A DNA stretch of 64,000 bases, taken from the NCBI GenBank assembly GCA_050084985.1, contig JBITNC010000001.1, positions 164,982,001-165,046,000 on the forward strand, given 5' to 3'. Shown here piece by piece: positions 51,261-64,000 of this stretch. How positions within the stretch are numbered: the stretch's first letter is position 1; every line of letters begins with the position of its first letter. Position numbers and translations under genes: made by a program. The DNA is from Nageia nagi. Its lineage: Eukaryota; Plantae; Pinophyta. The notes beneath the pieces are model-generated. The model saw only the letters and a program-made list of their open reading frames with translations, searched no databases and was not told the DNA's origin.

Positions 51261-54053
51261 TGTTGTGCCTGCAAAACACACCCCAAAATACAAGATTTTA
51301 GGGACCATATTTTTGCAAAAGAAATGAGGTGCATTACCTTGAGATTGGCTTTAGGCGATAGATGGTTGATTATGAACAGTGTAAAGATGATATTAGGGAG
51401 CGATTCAAGAAGATTACTCGTCGAAGACCTTGAAGAGTATCAGAGCATCCAGCCACCAGTTTTGCCAGAATCGGAATAAGGAGACAGACCAATAGAAGAT
51501 CCTGTTTCATACAACTTCAGGCTTGGAATTTTCAGATTTCAATCAAGTTTGCTCCTTCTCCTAGCTAGGTGCACTTTTCCAAGCTTTAATGCCATCAAAG
51601 GCTAGACATTGTGCCTAAGGCAAAATGGGTATATTTTGGATCGAATTTGGAACGAATTTCGAGGATGCCAAGATGTGAAGGGTTTAATTTTAAGCAAGTT
51701 TAGAATTGTAATTTTTTGAATTGGGTCAAAACTGCACCAAGGAGAGTTAGGCGCATGTTTTGAGGTGTTTGATACCATCCAAGCCAAATGTTTGGCACCT
51801 AGCTTCCAAATGCTTAATTTTGATAAATTTTGGATCCCAATTTCGATGACATGGGAAGGTGTAGGGGGCAAAATCATAAAGTTTGGTCTTAGAATTATTG
51901 AAAAATCTCAAATTTCATGTCCCAAGTGCATAGGCGTAGGTTTTAGGCGGTTTGACATCATCAAACCAAGATTTTTGGCGCCTAGACCCAAGAGCTCTCA
52001 AAATCAATAAATTTTAACCTTGCAAATTCAAAAATCTAGGAGTTGGGTATTGTGGCAAATGGAAAATTGAGTAGGTTTTCTCTTGAAGGTTTCAAAAATT
52101 GACTAAGATTATGTGCCTAAAGCTTAGGTGCAAGTTTAGGGTGCTTTGAGGTCAGCAAAGCAAGAATTTTGGTGCCTAGATTGAGTAATTGATCATTTTC
52201 ACAAAATTTTGGAAATTGTTTTAAATGCATAAGAGGATGGGAAGTGCAAAAATGCATAACTTTTCCTTTTACACTAACCCAAAAAGACCAAATTTACATC
52301 CCCAAAGCTAGGCGTAGGATTGCACCCCTTTGGTGTCATAAAAGCCATATTTTTGGTGCGTAGCATGCATGTATTCCAAAGTGATGAAATTTTAGCATGT
52401 TAAAATGGAAAATCGAAAACATGGGTATGGTAGAGGACCAATAATCATGTAAGATGGGGCTTAGAAGATCCAAAATTGAACAAATTTGAGGTCTCCTCAA
52501 CCTAGGCATAGGTTTACACCCCTATGGTGACATCAAACTCCCATATTTGGTGCCTAAGGGAGGCATAAGATCATTTTGTCAAAAAAATTGAAAATTTTGT
52601 TGAAACTAGGGAAGGATTGCCCTCCAAATTTTACATCTTTGGGCTAAAGGATTTTAAAAATTGAATAAGTTTGATGCGCCCTAGAGGTAGGCACAGGATT
52701 ACACCCGTTTGGTGACATCAAACACTAATTTCTAGTGCCTAAGGTGAGCATGGGTCCATTTTTGTGAAGAATTTCAAATTTTGCTCCAAACCATGGGAGG
52801 ATTGCACTCCAAATTTCACATCAAATGGCCAAACGATTTCCAAAAATGACAAATTTTTGCACTGCTAGAGGCTAGGTGCAGGATTCCATGCCTTTGACAG
52901 CATCAAAGCCTCAAAGTAGGCGCATAGGGAAGGAATAGCTTGGTTTTGATCAAAATTTCAAATCTCTTGCAAATTCACAAGGCTATACCCATTTGGAATT
53001 TGCATCACTTGGTCTAAGAATCGAGCAAAAATGATAAAAAATGAATAAACTTGAGCAGTTGAACACCAAATATGAGCTTTTTGACAAACTTTTTGCACCA
53101 CACTTGGTCACTTAAGCCTATTTTTTATCAAAATGCTCAAAAATCCAAATTTTGATCCCAAGCTCCAAAAACCTTCAAATCAATCTCAAACACCTTCAAG
53201 ATCCATCTCTAATCATTTTAATTTCAATTTCATTAGGTTAGAATTAGGGCAACCCAAAAGTGAGCTTCAAAAAGTCTATAAATAAGACATAGGGGGTCTC
53301 ATTTTTACTTAGAATGTTCAAGTGTAAGAAAAGGCCAAATTTCATGAAAATGAAAACTTTTTGTAATTGAGGAGCAAATTGATGTACATGTGCATAACTC
53401 TTTTATGAACATAATACAATTGGCCAAATATTGATTCTTAGTGTTTTGTCATCAATTGGAGTCGTGGATTGATCTTTTAGAGCAATTTGTAGCAATTCAA
53501 ATATTTTCGTACCATTTCCTTGAAAAGTCACGAGTTTTAGGAGAATTTGTTGGAAATATTTCTAAAGTGTTTGAATTGTCCCAAATTGTTGCTAATCCAT
53601 TGCTTTCATGTTTAAATGTTTTGTAATCTGAATTGCCTTTCTTTTATGATATCTGATTAGACTTATTGTTCAAAACTTATCCATGCATGTGACCCACTCT
53701 TAAGTTCGTTTGATTGTTCTGTCGCGTTTGTGGAGTATTGACAATCAACTTTACTTTCCGTTCTTCTTTGAAACGATCGGAGAATAGTCATTTGTTTTCA
53801 AAGTTTGATTGAATTGAACAAGACTTCTTAACCGATCCAAAAGAAAGAAAGTTTAGACAATTCTTGCATTGTGATAATCTCTTCGAAATCTAGCGAAGTA
53901 TCTTCTCTTTCTCAACCATTTTCCTTTTATTTATTTTTCATTTTCTTTAAAATCCATAACAACTTGCGAACATTGCATGATAAACAGCTCAGTATCTATA
54001 AAAAATGTGTGTTAACAGTTACCACCTTTATCCCACCACTCAGCTGATTCCCA
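51261..54053 (+). mobile_element. Solo LTR (~2.8 kb), Athila/Tat-type group, subfamily shared with 59610-62925
   Basis: Starts TGTTGTGCCTGCAAAACACACCCCAAAATAC. Collinear with 59610-62925 up to cagctgattccca; the last 5 nt are missing. TATA ctataaata at ~53276. Confidence 0.85.
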
Positions 54054-54942
54054 AGGAAGTCATTGTAGTATATTGATAGCATGACCTTGGAGTGGGTTTG
54101 TTTGAGAAGTTTATGATTACCATAATTCCTACTTTGACGGAGCATTTTTGTATGCATACCAGTTGAAAAGTTGCATATTCCTCGGGTCTTTATTAGGGGT
54201 TATTTAAACATGCTAATTTTTCTATAACATGTGATTCTTCTTGTTTTATGTTTCGGGTTGAAAGTTGGACCAATAACAAAACTGGTAGTAGTTTTAAAAA
54301 TTCTTTTTCTGGTTATGACAATTTATGTAACTATTCATGGTTTTGACATTTTATCACTAAGAATATCATTTGATCCTATGCCATCTATAATCAATGACAA
54401 TATTTGATAACTGCAATCAAGGTGGAAAGAATTCTTAAATCAGTAATAGCAGAAGTTGGATAGAACAACTATTCCAATTTTTAAACAACAAAATAAGTCA
54501 TTAAGAATTTGTCAAATATAACACTTTTCATTTTCAGTCGATGGTTATGTAGCACCTCAAAGCCATTGACTTTGATCAGTTTGGCTTGATATGTTTCATT
54601 AACATAAATGTCTTCTCCTGTATTTTCTTTGATGAATAGTTATGTGCATGTTGCTTGTGGATCTGCATGTTTTGTTTGCCTCTCTGCTCTGATATTGCCT
54701 ATATCTATTTGGTTCTATCATATTATAAGAGAGTGGTGTCTCTATCTGCATAGTAACTTATTTTTCTCTCTAAAAATAATAGACAAGTTCCTTTTCTGAC
54801 TGGTGGCTTCATAATTTTTAGTATTCTTGTTAGTATTATGTTAGTTATTTGTTTGAAAAACAAAATGTTCTTTTAATCTGTAGAGCGAAACTTTATGCCA
54901 TGAATAGCATAAAAATGATGGTTACTTGTGTTTGTTTTGTAG

Positions 54943-54977
54943 GGCTTGCAAACTTGTTTGGTTGCTTTACTTTCAAG
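54943..54977 (+). CDS. SPPL2: SPPL exon F (35-nt micro-exon): GLQTCLVALLS(R)
   Basis: Acceptor ttttgtag|GGC, donor TCAAG|gtaaga; directly continues ...CIGGVE-GLQTCLVALLSR of plant SPPL2. Confidence 0.92.
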
Positions 54978-56154
54978 GTAAGATTTCTTCTCATATGGTT
55001 GGCTTTGTTAGACACTGTCAGCAGGTTTTGAGAGTTGGTAAAAGAAAGAAAAAACTTATTTATGAGGGCAACCATGGTGAAAACAAAAACATAATTCTTT
55101 TATTTGTTGTCACAAGCTAAGATTTGTTAGTATAACATGCCACTATATAGCTAAAGAAGGCATATAGGACTAGTGTTCTATATAAACAATCATACGCTTG
55201 AGGAACACTTTTTGTAAGAAACTAATTTTTTAGTCTATGTTATCATGAATTTATGTATCATTACCTTCTTCACTGTTAGCGTTAAGAACATTCAAGAAAT
55301 TTTTATGGATGGTCAGCGAACTAGCATGTCATTCACAAGTTGTGTACAACTGCAAATAAATTCAACTATGATGTGAGAAGCTGAGAACTATATAATTGGG
55401 GCAAATGTAGAATCCTATTCAAGTATAGAATATTTGTTTTCATGGTGACATGCACACTTCATGATACTCTCATATCAAGAAACACTTGCGTACTCTTTGC
55501 AGCGATGGTTTCATGACATTGTCATATGAAAGACTGATTTTTCAAGTGACAATGCCAAATATATATGTTTCTATTTATGTACAATGACAGATGTGCACAT
55601 AACATAAAATGAACATGCACACCTCATGATTCTCACATGAACGGATATTTAGATATTTTTATGGCAACAATGTTATGATATTGTTAAATGAAAGACACTT
55701 GAACTTTCGAGGCAACAAGGCCAAAAATATAGGTTTCTGTTTATGTATAATGATCATGATGTAGCACACAACAGAATGCATGAAGAACGTGGATGAACAG
55801 CATAAAAACACTCATCAGGATTTTGATGATGTACATGCCTGATGTGCATGACATAATGTGCATGCAACAACGAGGATCCTCCAAAGAAAATTAGTTCTTC
55901 ATACTGTTGATAATAGTCAATAAGTTTCTACTTCAGTTGATGGTGTTCTTGTTAGAGGTGTCAAACAACTGTAATAGCTTACTTGCAATTTGCTGTTCTT
56001 TATGATGATGTATTATATGTGTAATTAATCCAGCTTTAGTTATTATAGGGCATGCTATAAAGATGTACCCGTTGATACCCATTGCCATTTACTTGTATAT
56101 ATATCTAGTCACATATACCCTCCAATCATCTCTTGTATTCAAAATAATTGTTAT

Positions 56155-59100
56155 TGTTAGGAACGGAGCTTGATTTCTGGGCTAAGTCATGTTTTCAGCT
56201 CTCTGTTTCATACTTAGCATGGACAAGGCTGATCAGCAAGTGCATTCGACAGGCAGGGGGCCGATCAGGTCCAATTGGAGGATAGATGACCGATCATTCT
56301 AGTCAGTTGACCGATTGGAGGATGAACTGCAATCGATCTTGTGATAGCTGATCCCGACAACCCAGTCAGTCTGATGGTGGCCGATTACTACTCCAAAGAT
56401 GGGAAATACTATTTTGAGGATGGAAACTTGCTCTTGGGCTATTCTTGGTGAATGAACAGAAGGCTGCTTTGGGTGGCAAATTTAATGCATGTAATATTAC
56501 TCGAGTTTGGACTAAAAATAAGATTGTATGGATCTCTATAAATATATGTAAGATCTTATGGAATTGGGTAATGTTAATGAAAATATTGATTTGCATAGTG
56601 TGAGAAATAAGAAGGTGAGGTAAAGTGAGAGAGATTGTTGTAGTTAGCATTCCTTGTAAGAACAAAGAGGAGGGTACAACGGTTTGGTTGTAGGTTGTAT
56701 CCCTTAGTTGCTTGGACTGATTTAATCAAAGGATTGGATATTTTCCGTGGATGTAGCCCACATTGGGTGAACCACATTACACAGTTTGTCTTCTCTTGTG
56801 TGTGATCTTATTTTTTTACTTTTCTTCTTATTTAAAGTAGATTAATTGTTCCACTAAATTTTATATAGTGAATCGTAACAAGTGTTATTAGAGCTTTTGT
56901 TTTGTTGGGTGTACTTGACAAAAAGGTTGAAGGGTTTTTGGATCGAGAGGGAGAAATGTTAGAAGAAGGGAGGTTCAAGGTGGAAAAGTTTAATGGTCAG
57001 AATTTTCAGTTTTGGAAGATGCAAATAGAGGAATACTTGTCGGATGAGAAGTGGAGTCATCTTGATAGAAAACCATTGGGTACGGTGAGGTTGTTTCTGG
57101 GAGCCATAGTTGCCTTAACTTCTTTGAGGAAAAAACTACCAAGGATGTCCTTAACAAGTTGGCCAAGTTGTATGAAAAACCCTCAACCTCAAACAAGGTA
57201 TTTCTCATGAAAATTTTATTTAATATGCAAATGGTTGGAGGAGGATCCATTCCGGACCACTTGAATGAGTTTAATACTGTTACCAATCAACTGCATTTAG
57301 TGGGTTTAGATTTTGATGATGAGATCAGAGCCTTGTTGATATTGTGTTCATTTCTAGATAGTTGGAATAGCTTGGTGATGGTTAGTAACTTTGCTTTGAA
57401 TTCTAAGAATTTGAAGTTTGATGATGTGGTGGGCATCCTTCTTAGTGAGGACATGTGGAGAAAATACATAGGTGAAACGTTGAGTTATCTTGGCGCATTA
57501 CTTGTTTAGAATAAGGGAAGATAGAGGGAGCAAGGTGGACATCAGAATCAAGGAAAATTAGAGGGCAACTCCAGGGGAAAAGGTAATGTGGAGTGCTGGT
57601 ATTGTGGGAAAAAGGGACACTTGAAAAAAGAGTGTCTATGAAGGTAGATGGAAAAGAGGGCAATGAAGGTTATAACTAGGAAGCTAATATGGTTGGTGAG
57701 ATTTTGCAGGATGCTTTGATATTATCTCTTGATATGCATAATGATTATTGGGCTATCGATTCAGGTACTTCTTTGCATGCCACTTCTCATAAGGATTAGT
57801 TTATAGAAAAATGTTCAAGAAGATTTTGGATAGGTTTTGTTGGGTAATGATCAACCATGAAGGATTGTGGGTATGGGGAAGATCAAAATCAAATTGCCTA
57901 ACGAAAATCAATGGGTGGTCAAGGAGGTGAGGCACATCCCTGATTTGAAGAGAAACGTCATTTCAGCATGCAAACTTGATGGCGAGGGTTACATGGTTGC
58001 ATTCGATAATAAGGCTTGGAAGGTGACTAAAGGTTCCATGGTTGTTGCTAGTGGGAATATGGTTGGTACTCTATATTTGCCTACTCACTTCTATTTATGC
58101 TATGGATTTTGCTCCTACAAGCGGGAATGTAGATAATGAACATTACAAGTTTTGACATGTGAAAAAGAGTGAATTGGGGTTTGGTGAAAAGAAGAAGAAG
58201 GTGAGATTCCTCAAGGTTGGAAAGGATGTTTCCAAGGACAAGAAAAATAATATGTGGATACCAAAGGTGCAAGGAGGTCTTCAACATTAGGATTTGAAAA
58301 CTCCACCAAGGGATGTTGGAAGATGTAAAATGGTAAGTCGTTATTTCCTTGCAATTTCTTATGTGTTGTATATTGATGGTGGTGAATGTTTTGAAAAATG
58401 TGTGCAAAAGGAAACCAAGAAGAGGGAGCTTGGGATGAATAAGTTACCTACAGGTATGGAAGGTTTGGATGGGTGTGTGTGTATGCAAGATGAAAGAGGA
58501 AGGAGATCAAGTATTGTGCACAAAGTGGTTTGGAATAAAAGTGTTTGCACAAGATGGTGGTATGGCCCATAGAGTGGGAGGTACAAACTGGTTGATGTTC
58601 GTGAAACATCAAAGTGAGGATGTGATAAGGGATATGTTGTCAAAGGTGAATACAAAGGTGGTTGCAAAGGAGGAATTGGGGGTTCTCCCAATTTTGGTTG
58701 GTTTGAAGGAAAAAGAGATCAAGACGAGAATATTCAGATCCAAGGGTTGGAGGGTGTTACAGCGAAATCAATCTCCAAGTGGGAGATTGTTATGAATGGA
58801 GCTAGATTTTTGGGCTAAGTCATGTGTTCAATTCTTTGTTTCACAATTGGCATGCACAAGGCCAACTAGTAGATGTAATCAGCAGGTATGGGGTTGATCA
58901 GGTCCAATCAACAGACAAGTGGTCAAACATGCCATTTGATTGATTGATTGGAGTATGAATTGTAGTTGACCTTGTGATAGCTGATCTTGACAACCCAATC
59001 GGCCTAATGGTGGCCAATTATGACTCCAAAGACGGGAAACTCTATTTTGAGGGTGGATACGCGCTCTTGGGCTATTCTTGGTGAATGAACTAAAGGTTGC

Positions 59101-59517
59101 TATGGGTGACGAATCTAATGTATCTAATAATACTTTAGTTTGGACTAAAAATAGGATAGTATGGATCTCTATAAATATATGTAAGATCTTATGGAATTGG
59201 ATAATGGTAATGAGAATAGTTATTTGCATAGTTGTGAAGAATATGAAGATGAGGTAAATCCTTATGAGAGAGGCCATTGTAGTGAGGATTCTTTGTAAGA
59301 ACAAAGAGGAAGGTACAATGGTTTGTTTGAAGGTTGTATCCCTTTGTTGTTTTGACCGAAATAATCAAAGGATTGGATATTCTCCGTGGATGTAGGCCAC
59401 ATCGAGTGAACCATGTTGCATAGTTTGTCTTCTCTTGCGTATGATCTTATTTCTTACTTTTCTTCTGGTTTAAAGTAGATTAATTAGTCAATATATTTTA
59501 TATAGTGAATCCTAACA
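56155..59517 (+). mobile_element. Internally deleted Ty1/copia element (Tnt1/Tork-like): LTRs 56155-56880 and 58788-59517, gag plus protease only
   Basis: TG...CA LTR pair, TSD GTTAT/ATTAT, degenerate PBS(Met) agtgttattagagc, PPT AAGTGGGAGA. Motifs: KVEKFNGQNFQFWKMQIEEYL, LYEKPSTSNKVFLMK, CWYCGKKGHLKKEC, WAIDSGTSLHA, VRHIPDLKRNVIS. No integrase core, RT or RNase H. Confidence 0.93.
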
Positions 59518-59609
59518 ATTATTAACTTTCATTATGCAATTTATTGCTTATTCTCTTGTAGAGAGCTAGTCTATTGCAAGTGGGTTATATAGTAGTTTGA
59601 TTTAGTACC

Positions 59610-62600
59610 TGTTGTGCTCGCACAACACACCCCAAAATACAAGATTTTAGGTACCCTATTTTTGCAAAGGCAATGAAGTGCATTGCCTAGAGATTGGCTT
59701 TAGGCGACGAATAGTTGATTCTGAGCAGTGTAAAGATGATATCAGGGAGCGATACATGGAGATTATTTGTCGAAGAACCTGAAATGATTTAGAGCATCCA
59801 ATCACCAATTTTGGAGCCATGGAGCTAGGATTCAAGCAACTTCACTAGAAAACAAGATTTTTGTGTCTTGAATGAGGTCTATGGAGATGGATCGTTTTTT
59901 AAGCTTGCCAGAGTTGAAATTTGAAGGCATGAGCCAGTAATGGATCCCGTTTCAGGCATGTTTAGGCTTGGAAATTTTAGAATTTGACCAAGTTTTCTCC
60001 TTTTCAAGCCTAGGTGTAGTTTTCAAGGCTTTGATGACATCAAGGGCTAGGCATTGGTGCCTAAGGGAAAAAGGGTGCATTTTGGATCAAATTGGATCGA
60101 ATTTTCGAGAATGCCAAGCTATGAACGGTCAAATTCTAAGCATGTTTGGGCTTGGAAATTTGCAAAAAGGATCAAAATTGCACCAAGGAGAGTTAGGCAC
60201 ATATTTTTGGGGTGAGGCCACGAAAGAGAAAAAATGGCACCTAGTCTAAAAGTGTTTATTTTAGACAAAATTTTGCATTCAATTTCGATGATGTGGCATG
60301 GTGAAGAAGGCAAAATCAACCAAGTTTGCTCTTGGAATTTTTGAAAAAGATCGAAATCTATGTCCAAGACACATAGGCACACGTTTTGAGGAATTGACAC
60401 CATCAAAGGATAATTTTTGGCGTGTAGACCCAATTGCACCAAAAAATGATTAAATTTTGACTTTGCCAAATCAAAATTCTAGCACATGGGTATTGTGAGG
60501 GATGTAAAATTGAACAAATTAAACCTTGGAGACATCCCAAAACACTCAAAGGCTCTCCCTCCAAAGTTAGGTGCATAGTTTCATGGATTGATGTCAACAA
60601 AGAGTAAACATGTGTGCCTAGCATGAGAATATCCATGTTTGACCAAAAGTTTGGAAATATTTTTGGAAGCATGATGAGTTGGAGGATCAAAAAGTACAAA
60701 AGTTTGCCTTTGCAACTTACCCAAATGAATAAAAAATGCTTCTCCAAAAGCTAGGCGCATGTTCTCAAGCTTTGATAGTGTTGAACACAAAATTTTGTTC
60801 CCTAACATCCATGCACTTGAAAATGATGAAATTTTGAATTGGTCAATTTGAAATTCAGAGACATGGGTATTGAAGGGCATTAAAATCTAAGCAATTTTAG
60901 GCTGGGTGTTTTCCAAATTGCTCTAAATTGAAGCTTTCACACCTAGGTTCAAGAATTGAGGCTTTAATGTCATCAAAAAGAAAAAATTGGCGCCTAGGGT
61001 GAGGATATGCCCATTTTTGATAAAAGATTGAAAATTTACTTGAAGACATGGGAGGATGCATCTTCAAATTTCAAATCTTTTGGCTAAAGGAATGTTCAAA
61101 AAGACAAAAAAATACATAGCTAGAGGTTAGGGGCATTATTTCAAGATTTGGCATCATCAAAGCCAAAAAATTAGCGCTCGAGGAAGAGCAAGACCTTTTT
61201 GAGCAAATTTCAAAGTGTATATATTGGGAAACAAAAACATGGGTATGTTGCACAAGGTCAATCCAAGCACCTTTAGGCTTGCAAATTTTTAATTTTGAGC
61301 AAATCCAGTATTCTCTCAAGCTAGGCATAGTTTTCCAAGCTTTGAGGCCATCAAACACAAAAAATGTGTGTCTAGAGGTGAAATAGGCCTGTTTTGGTGA
61401 AAATTTCAAATTTCAAAAAATTTCATGAGGGTATACCAATTGAGATTCTACACAAATTAGTCCAAGACGCAATAAAAAAAGCACAATCTAAGGCTAATTT
61501 TTGGGCTTTGATGCCATCAAACATAAAAAACTAGTGCCTAGGATGAAGGAAGACCATTTTGGCTTGCAAAATGCACCTTTGGGAGATCAAATGAGGCTAT
61601 GAAGCATGCGGAATGCACAAAAGGGACATTTGAGCACCAAACTTGAGCACCAAACATGAGCTTTTTGACCAAACTTGCATGCCACACTTGTACACTAAAG
61701 CCAATTTTTCATCAAAGTGCTCAAAATCTCAAAATTTTATCCCAAGCTCCAAAAACCCTCAAATTGATCGTAAACACCTTCAAGATCTATCACCTATCCA
61801 TCCATGGCCATATAAAATCCATTCGGGCACTTTTCAATTTTTTATAAAATCTGCGCCCGCCATCATTTTCCAGATGTTAAACCAAAAATCCAGTTTTGCA
61901 AGAAATCCTCACCAAATCACTCAAAAACTTGCCAAGATCCCTTAAATAAGAAGATGAATCTATATTTGAAGGAAAAGGGTACTCAAATATGGTGGATTGG
62001 ATCCAAAGCAACCTCAAGATCAGCAAGATCCTTTGTAAAAGGATCAATTTTGAATGTATATAGACTAAAGTGGTTAAAAGGATGAATGTTTTCTCCTTCC
62101 ACGTTAAATGTAATTTTGTTTTAGTTTTGCATTTCAATTTAAATTAGATTAGAATTAGGGCAACACCGAAAAGTTGGCCTCAAAAAGTCTATAAATAGAC
62201 TATAGGGGGTATCCTTAAATTGAAGTTTTTTGTAATTGAGGAGCAAATTGATGTATATGTGAAAAACTTTTTTATGAAGTTAATCCAAGTGGCCAAATAT
62301 TGATTCAAAGTGGTTTTATCATCAATTGGAGTCATGCATTTATCCCTTAGAGCATTTTGTTGTGATTTGAATATTTTCATGCCTTCTCTTTGAAAACTCA
62401 CAAGTTTTAAGAGAATTTGTTGGAAATATTTTAAAGTGTGAATGATACCAAATTGTTGGTAATACATTGCTTTCATGTTTAAATGTTTTGTATTTTGAAT
62501 TGCCTTTCTTTTATGACATTTGATTGGACTTCTTGTTCAAAGCCAACTTGTCCATGTGACCTACGCTAAGTTCTTTTGATTGCATCGGTCCTGTGTGCGG

Positions 62601-62925
62601 AGTATTGACAGTTAGCTTTGGTTTACGCTCTTCTTTGAAACGATTTGGACAATAGTCGTTTGTTTCAAAGCTTGATGAATTGAACAAGATCTCTTTAATT
62701 GATCCATAAGAAGGAATGTTTAGAAAATGTTGCATTGTGACAATCTGCTTTGAAATCTAACAAAGTATCGCCTCATTCTCAACCTTTTTCCTTTTCTTTA
62801 TTTTTCATTTTCTTTGAAATCCATAGCAACTTTCAAACATTGCATAATAAACATCTCAGTCCCTACAAAAAATGTGAGTTAATAATTTCTACCTCTATTA
62901 AACCACTTAGCTGATTCCCATAACA
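59610..62925 (+). mobile_element. Solo LTR (~3.3 kb), Athila/Tat-type group
   Basis: TGTTG...TAACA termini, imperfect TSD AG(T)ACC/AGACC, TATA ctataaatag at ~62189; homologous to 51261-54053. Confidence 0.85.
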
Positions 62926-64000
62926 AGACCTACACAATTTTAGCTTCTATTAACAACACAAGCTTCCGTAAGAAACCTTTAGATATCAATCCTTATAGGA
63001 GAAGACTAGTAATGTGATCTCACCTAATGCTAGGTTGCTTTTCCAATTGATAGCCTCATGGCTATTCTTGCGTAAGAGGAAAGACTTTATTCCCAACAAT
63101 ACCTTGTGCTTGTTGGTTGATTTTGGTTATTTTTCTAGTATTATCATCCTCACATTCCATTTTGGTCTTATTCCTTCTTTGTATGGTTCTTTTTTGTATC
63201 AGTAACAAAAATTGCATACGTGGACTTGTACTGGGTCGAGGATATTATAAGTGAATTACATAATTTTTTTCCATTCTATTATAGGACTGCCCCTTCCAAG
63301 CAAATAGAGCTCTCATCTAGAATTTTATAGAGAATTGGTTACAGTGCTCACTCAAATTGCATTAAACTATTGTGAAGAAAGGGAAGTTGATAATTGCCTT
63401 TGAGTCATGACAACATGAATCACTTTTACCAACATCAAAATGTAAGATATGGTAAAGGTCTAGGTCTTCACTATATTGTTGCTTACACCATTTTGGGAGG
63501 TCTCCATAACAAATTAGATTTCCTTGGTTTGGGGCCAACTTTTTTCATGGCATCTGATATCTTGTTTTGCTTGTGGGGGGCATGGAAATATTTAGTTGTA
63601 TTGAATCTGGTTTGAAGGTTGTAGATCTTTTCTAGTGCTCTCTATAAACGCTTTTCCTAAGAAGGGACCTTAGTTTATCTTTCAACTGATTAATGAATGA
63701 AAGAAAGAAATTATATTAATATCCACAAATGGCCAAAAGTAGTCAATGGGATTGCTGAATACAAACATGGTCAGAAAAACCAGCTAAGTCCCTATCGAGC
63801 CCATGCTACTAAAGTAAAAGTTAACATAAAGCAAAATAAAACAATAGTACAACGAAGCATCCCAAAAACCCTAAAGGAAGATCCTAGGCCTCTCCAAGTA
63901 GGGTAATTTGAAGTGGCAATGTCTAGAACTCTCTAAGAGTGGATCTGTGAGTGCTTTTTGTCCTGGGATGAAAGCTCTCTAATTTTCGTAGGTCCTAACT

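Larger units (their letters stand above)
12879..54977 (+). other. SPPL2: Span of the six visible coding exons of a signal peptide peptidase-like (SPPL2/SPPL4-type) gene; gene is partial at both ends
   Basis: Six GT-AG exons join in frame (phases 0,0,1,1,0,0,2). They give VKVQTW...HRGNCTF...ELYKMVC...[20 protein letters not shown]...[22 protein letters not shown], collinear with Arabidopsis SPPL2/SPPL4 as recalled. No signal-peptide exon was seen in 1-12878 and no downstream exon in 54978-64000. Confidence 0.95.

Noticed and set aside
55430-55760. Diverged ~165-bp duplication; similar small duplications at ~44650-44850 and ~14096-14135
   Set aside because: Ordinary local tandem duplications with no evidence of function.
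51261-62925. One full-length LTR retrotransposon bounded by the two ~3-kb direct repeats
   Set aside because: No PBS or PPT inside, outer flanks do not form a TSD (GGGAG vs AGACC), and the interval contains a host exon; better read as two solo LTRs.
54978-64000. Next SPPL exon (expected W.....ES++KVPF.GAVSYLTLAV)
   Set aside because: Not found by eye in the non-TE stretches; probably downstream of the window.

Overview
Plant nuclear DNA, AT-rich and dominated by transposable elements. The very long introns and the retroelement types suggest a gymnosperm-like genome (inference). The whole window lies inside one + strand gene for a signal peptide peptidase-like protease (SPPL2/SPPL4 type: PA domain followed by the start of the peptidase A22B region). 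Six GT-AG exons (761 coding nt, phases consistent, no stops) are separated by introns of 103, 8690, 23453, 236 and 8856 bp. The first and last exons appear to lie outside the window. The introns hold nested, mostly decayed TEs. These are: seven LTRs of a related non-chromovirus Ty3/gypsy (Athila/Tat-type) group, one with its tRNA-Asn PBS, gag and protease; a miniature LTR element with only 176 bp of internal sequence; two Ty1/copia remnants; two inverted solo LTRs; three RTE/RTEX-like LINE copies; L1 fragments; and four hAT elements with 8-bp-type TSDs. The most unusual system is the Athila/Tat-type LTR. Some copies carry, inside U3, a cassette of palindromic repeats, an internal TATA box and a decayed ORF of about 1000 aa. 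Two copies also end in 125-190 bp inverted copies of their own U5 terminus. All boundaries were read by eye; no alignments or database searches were run.
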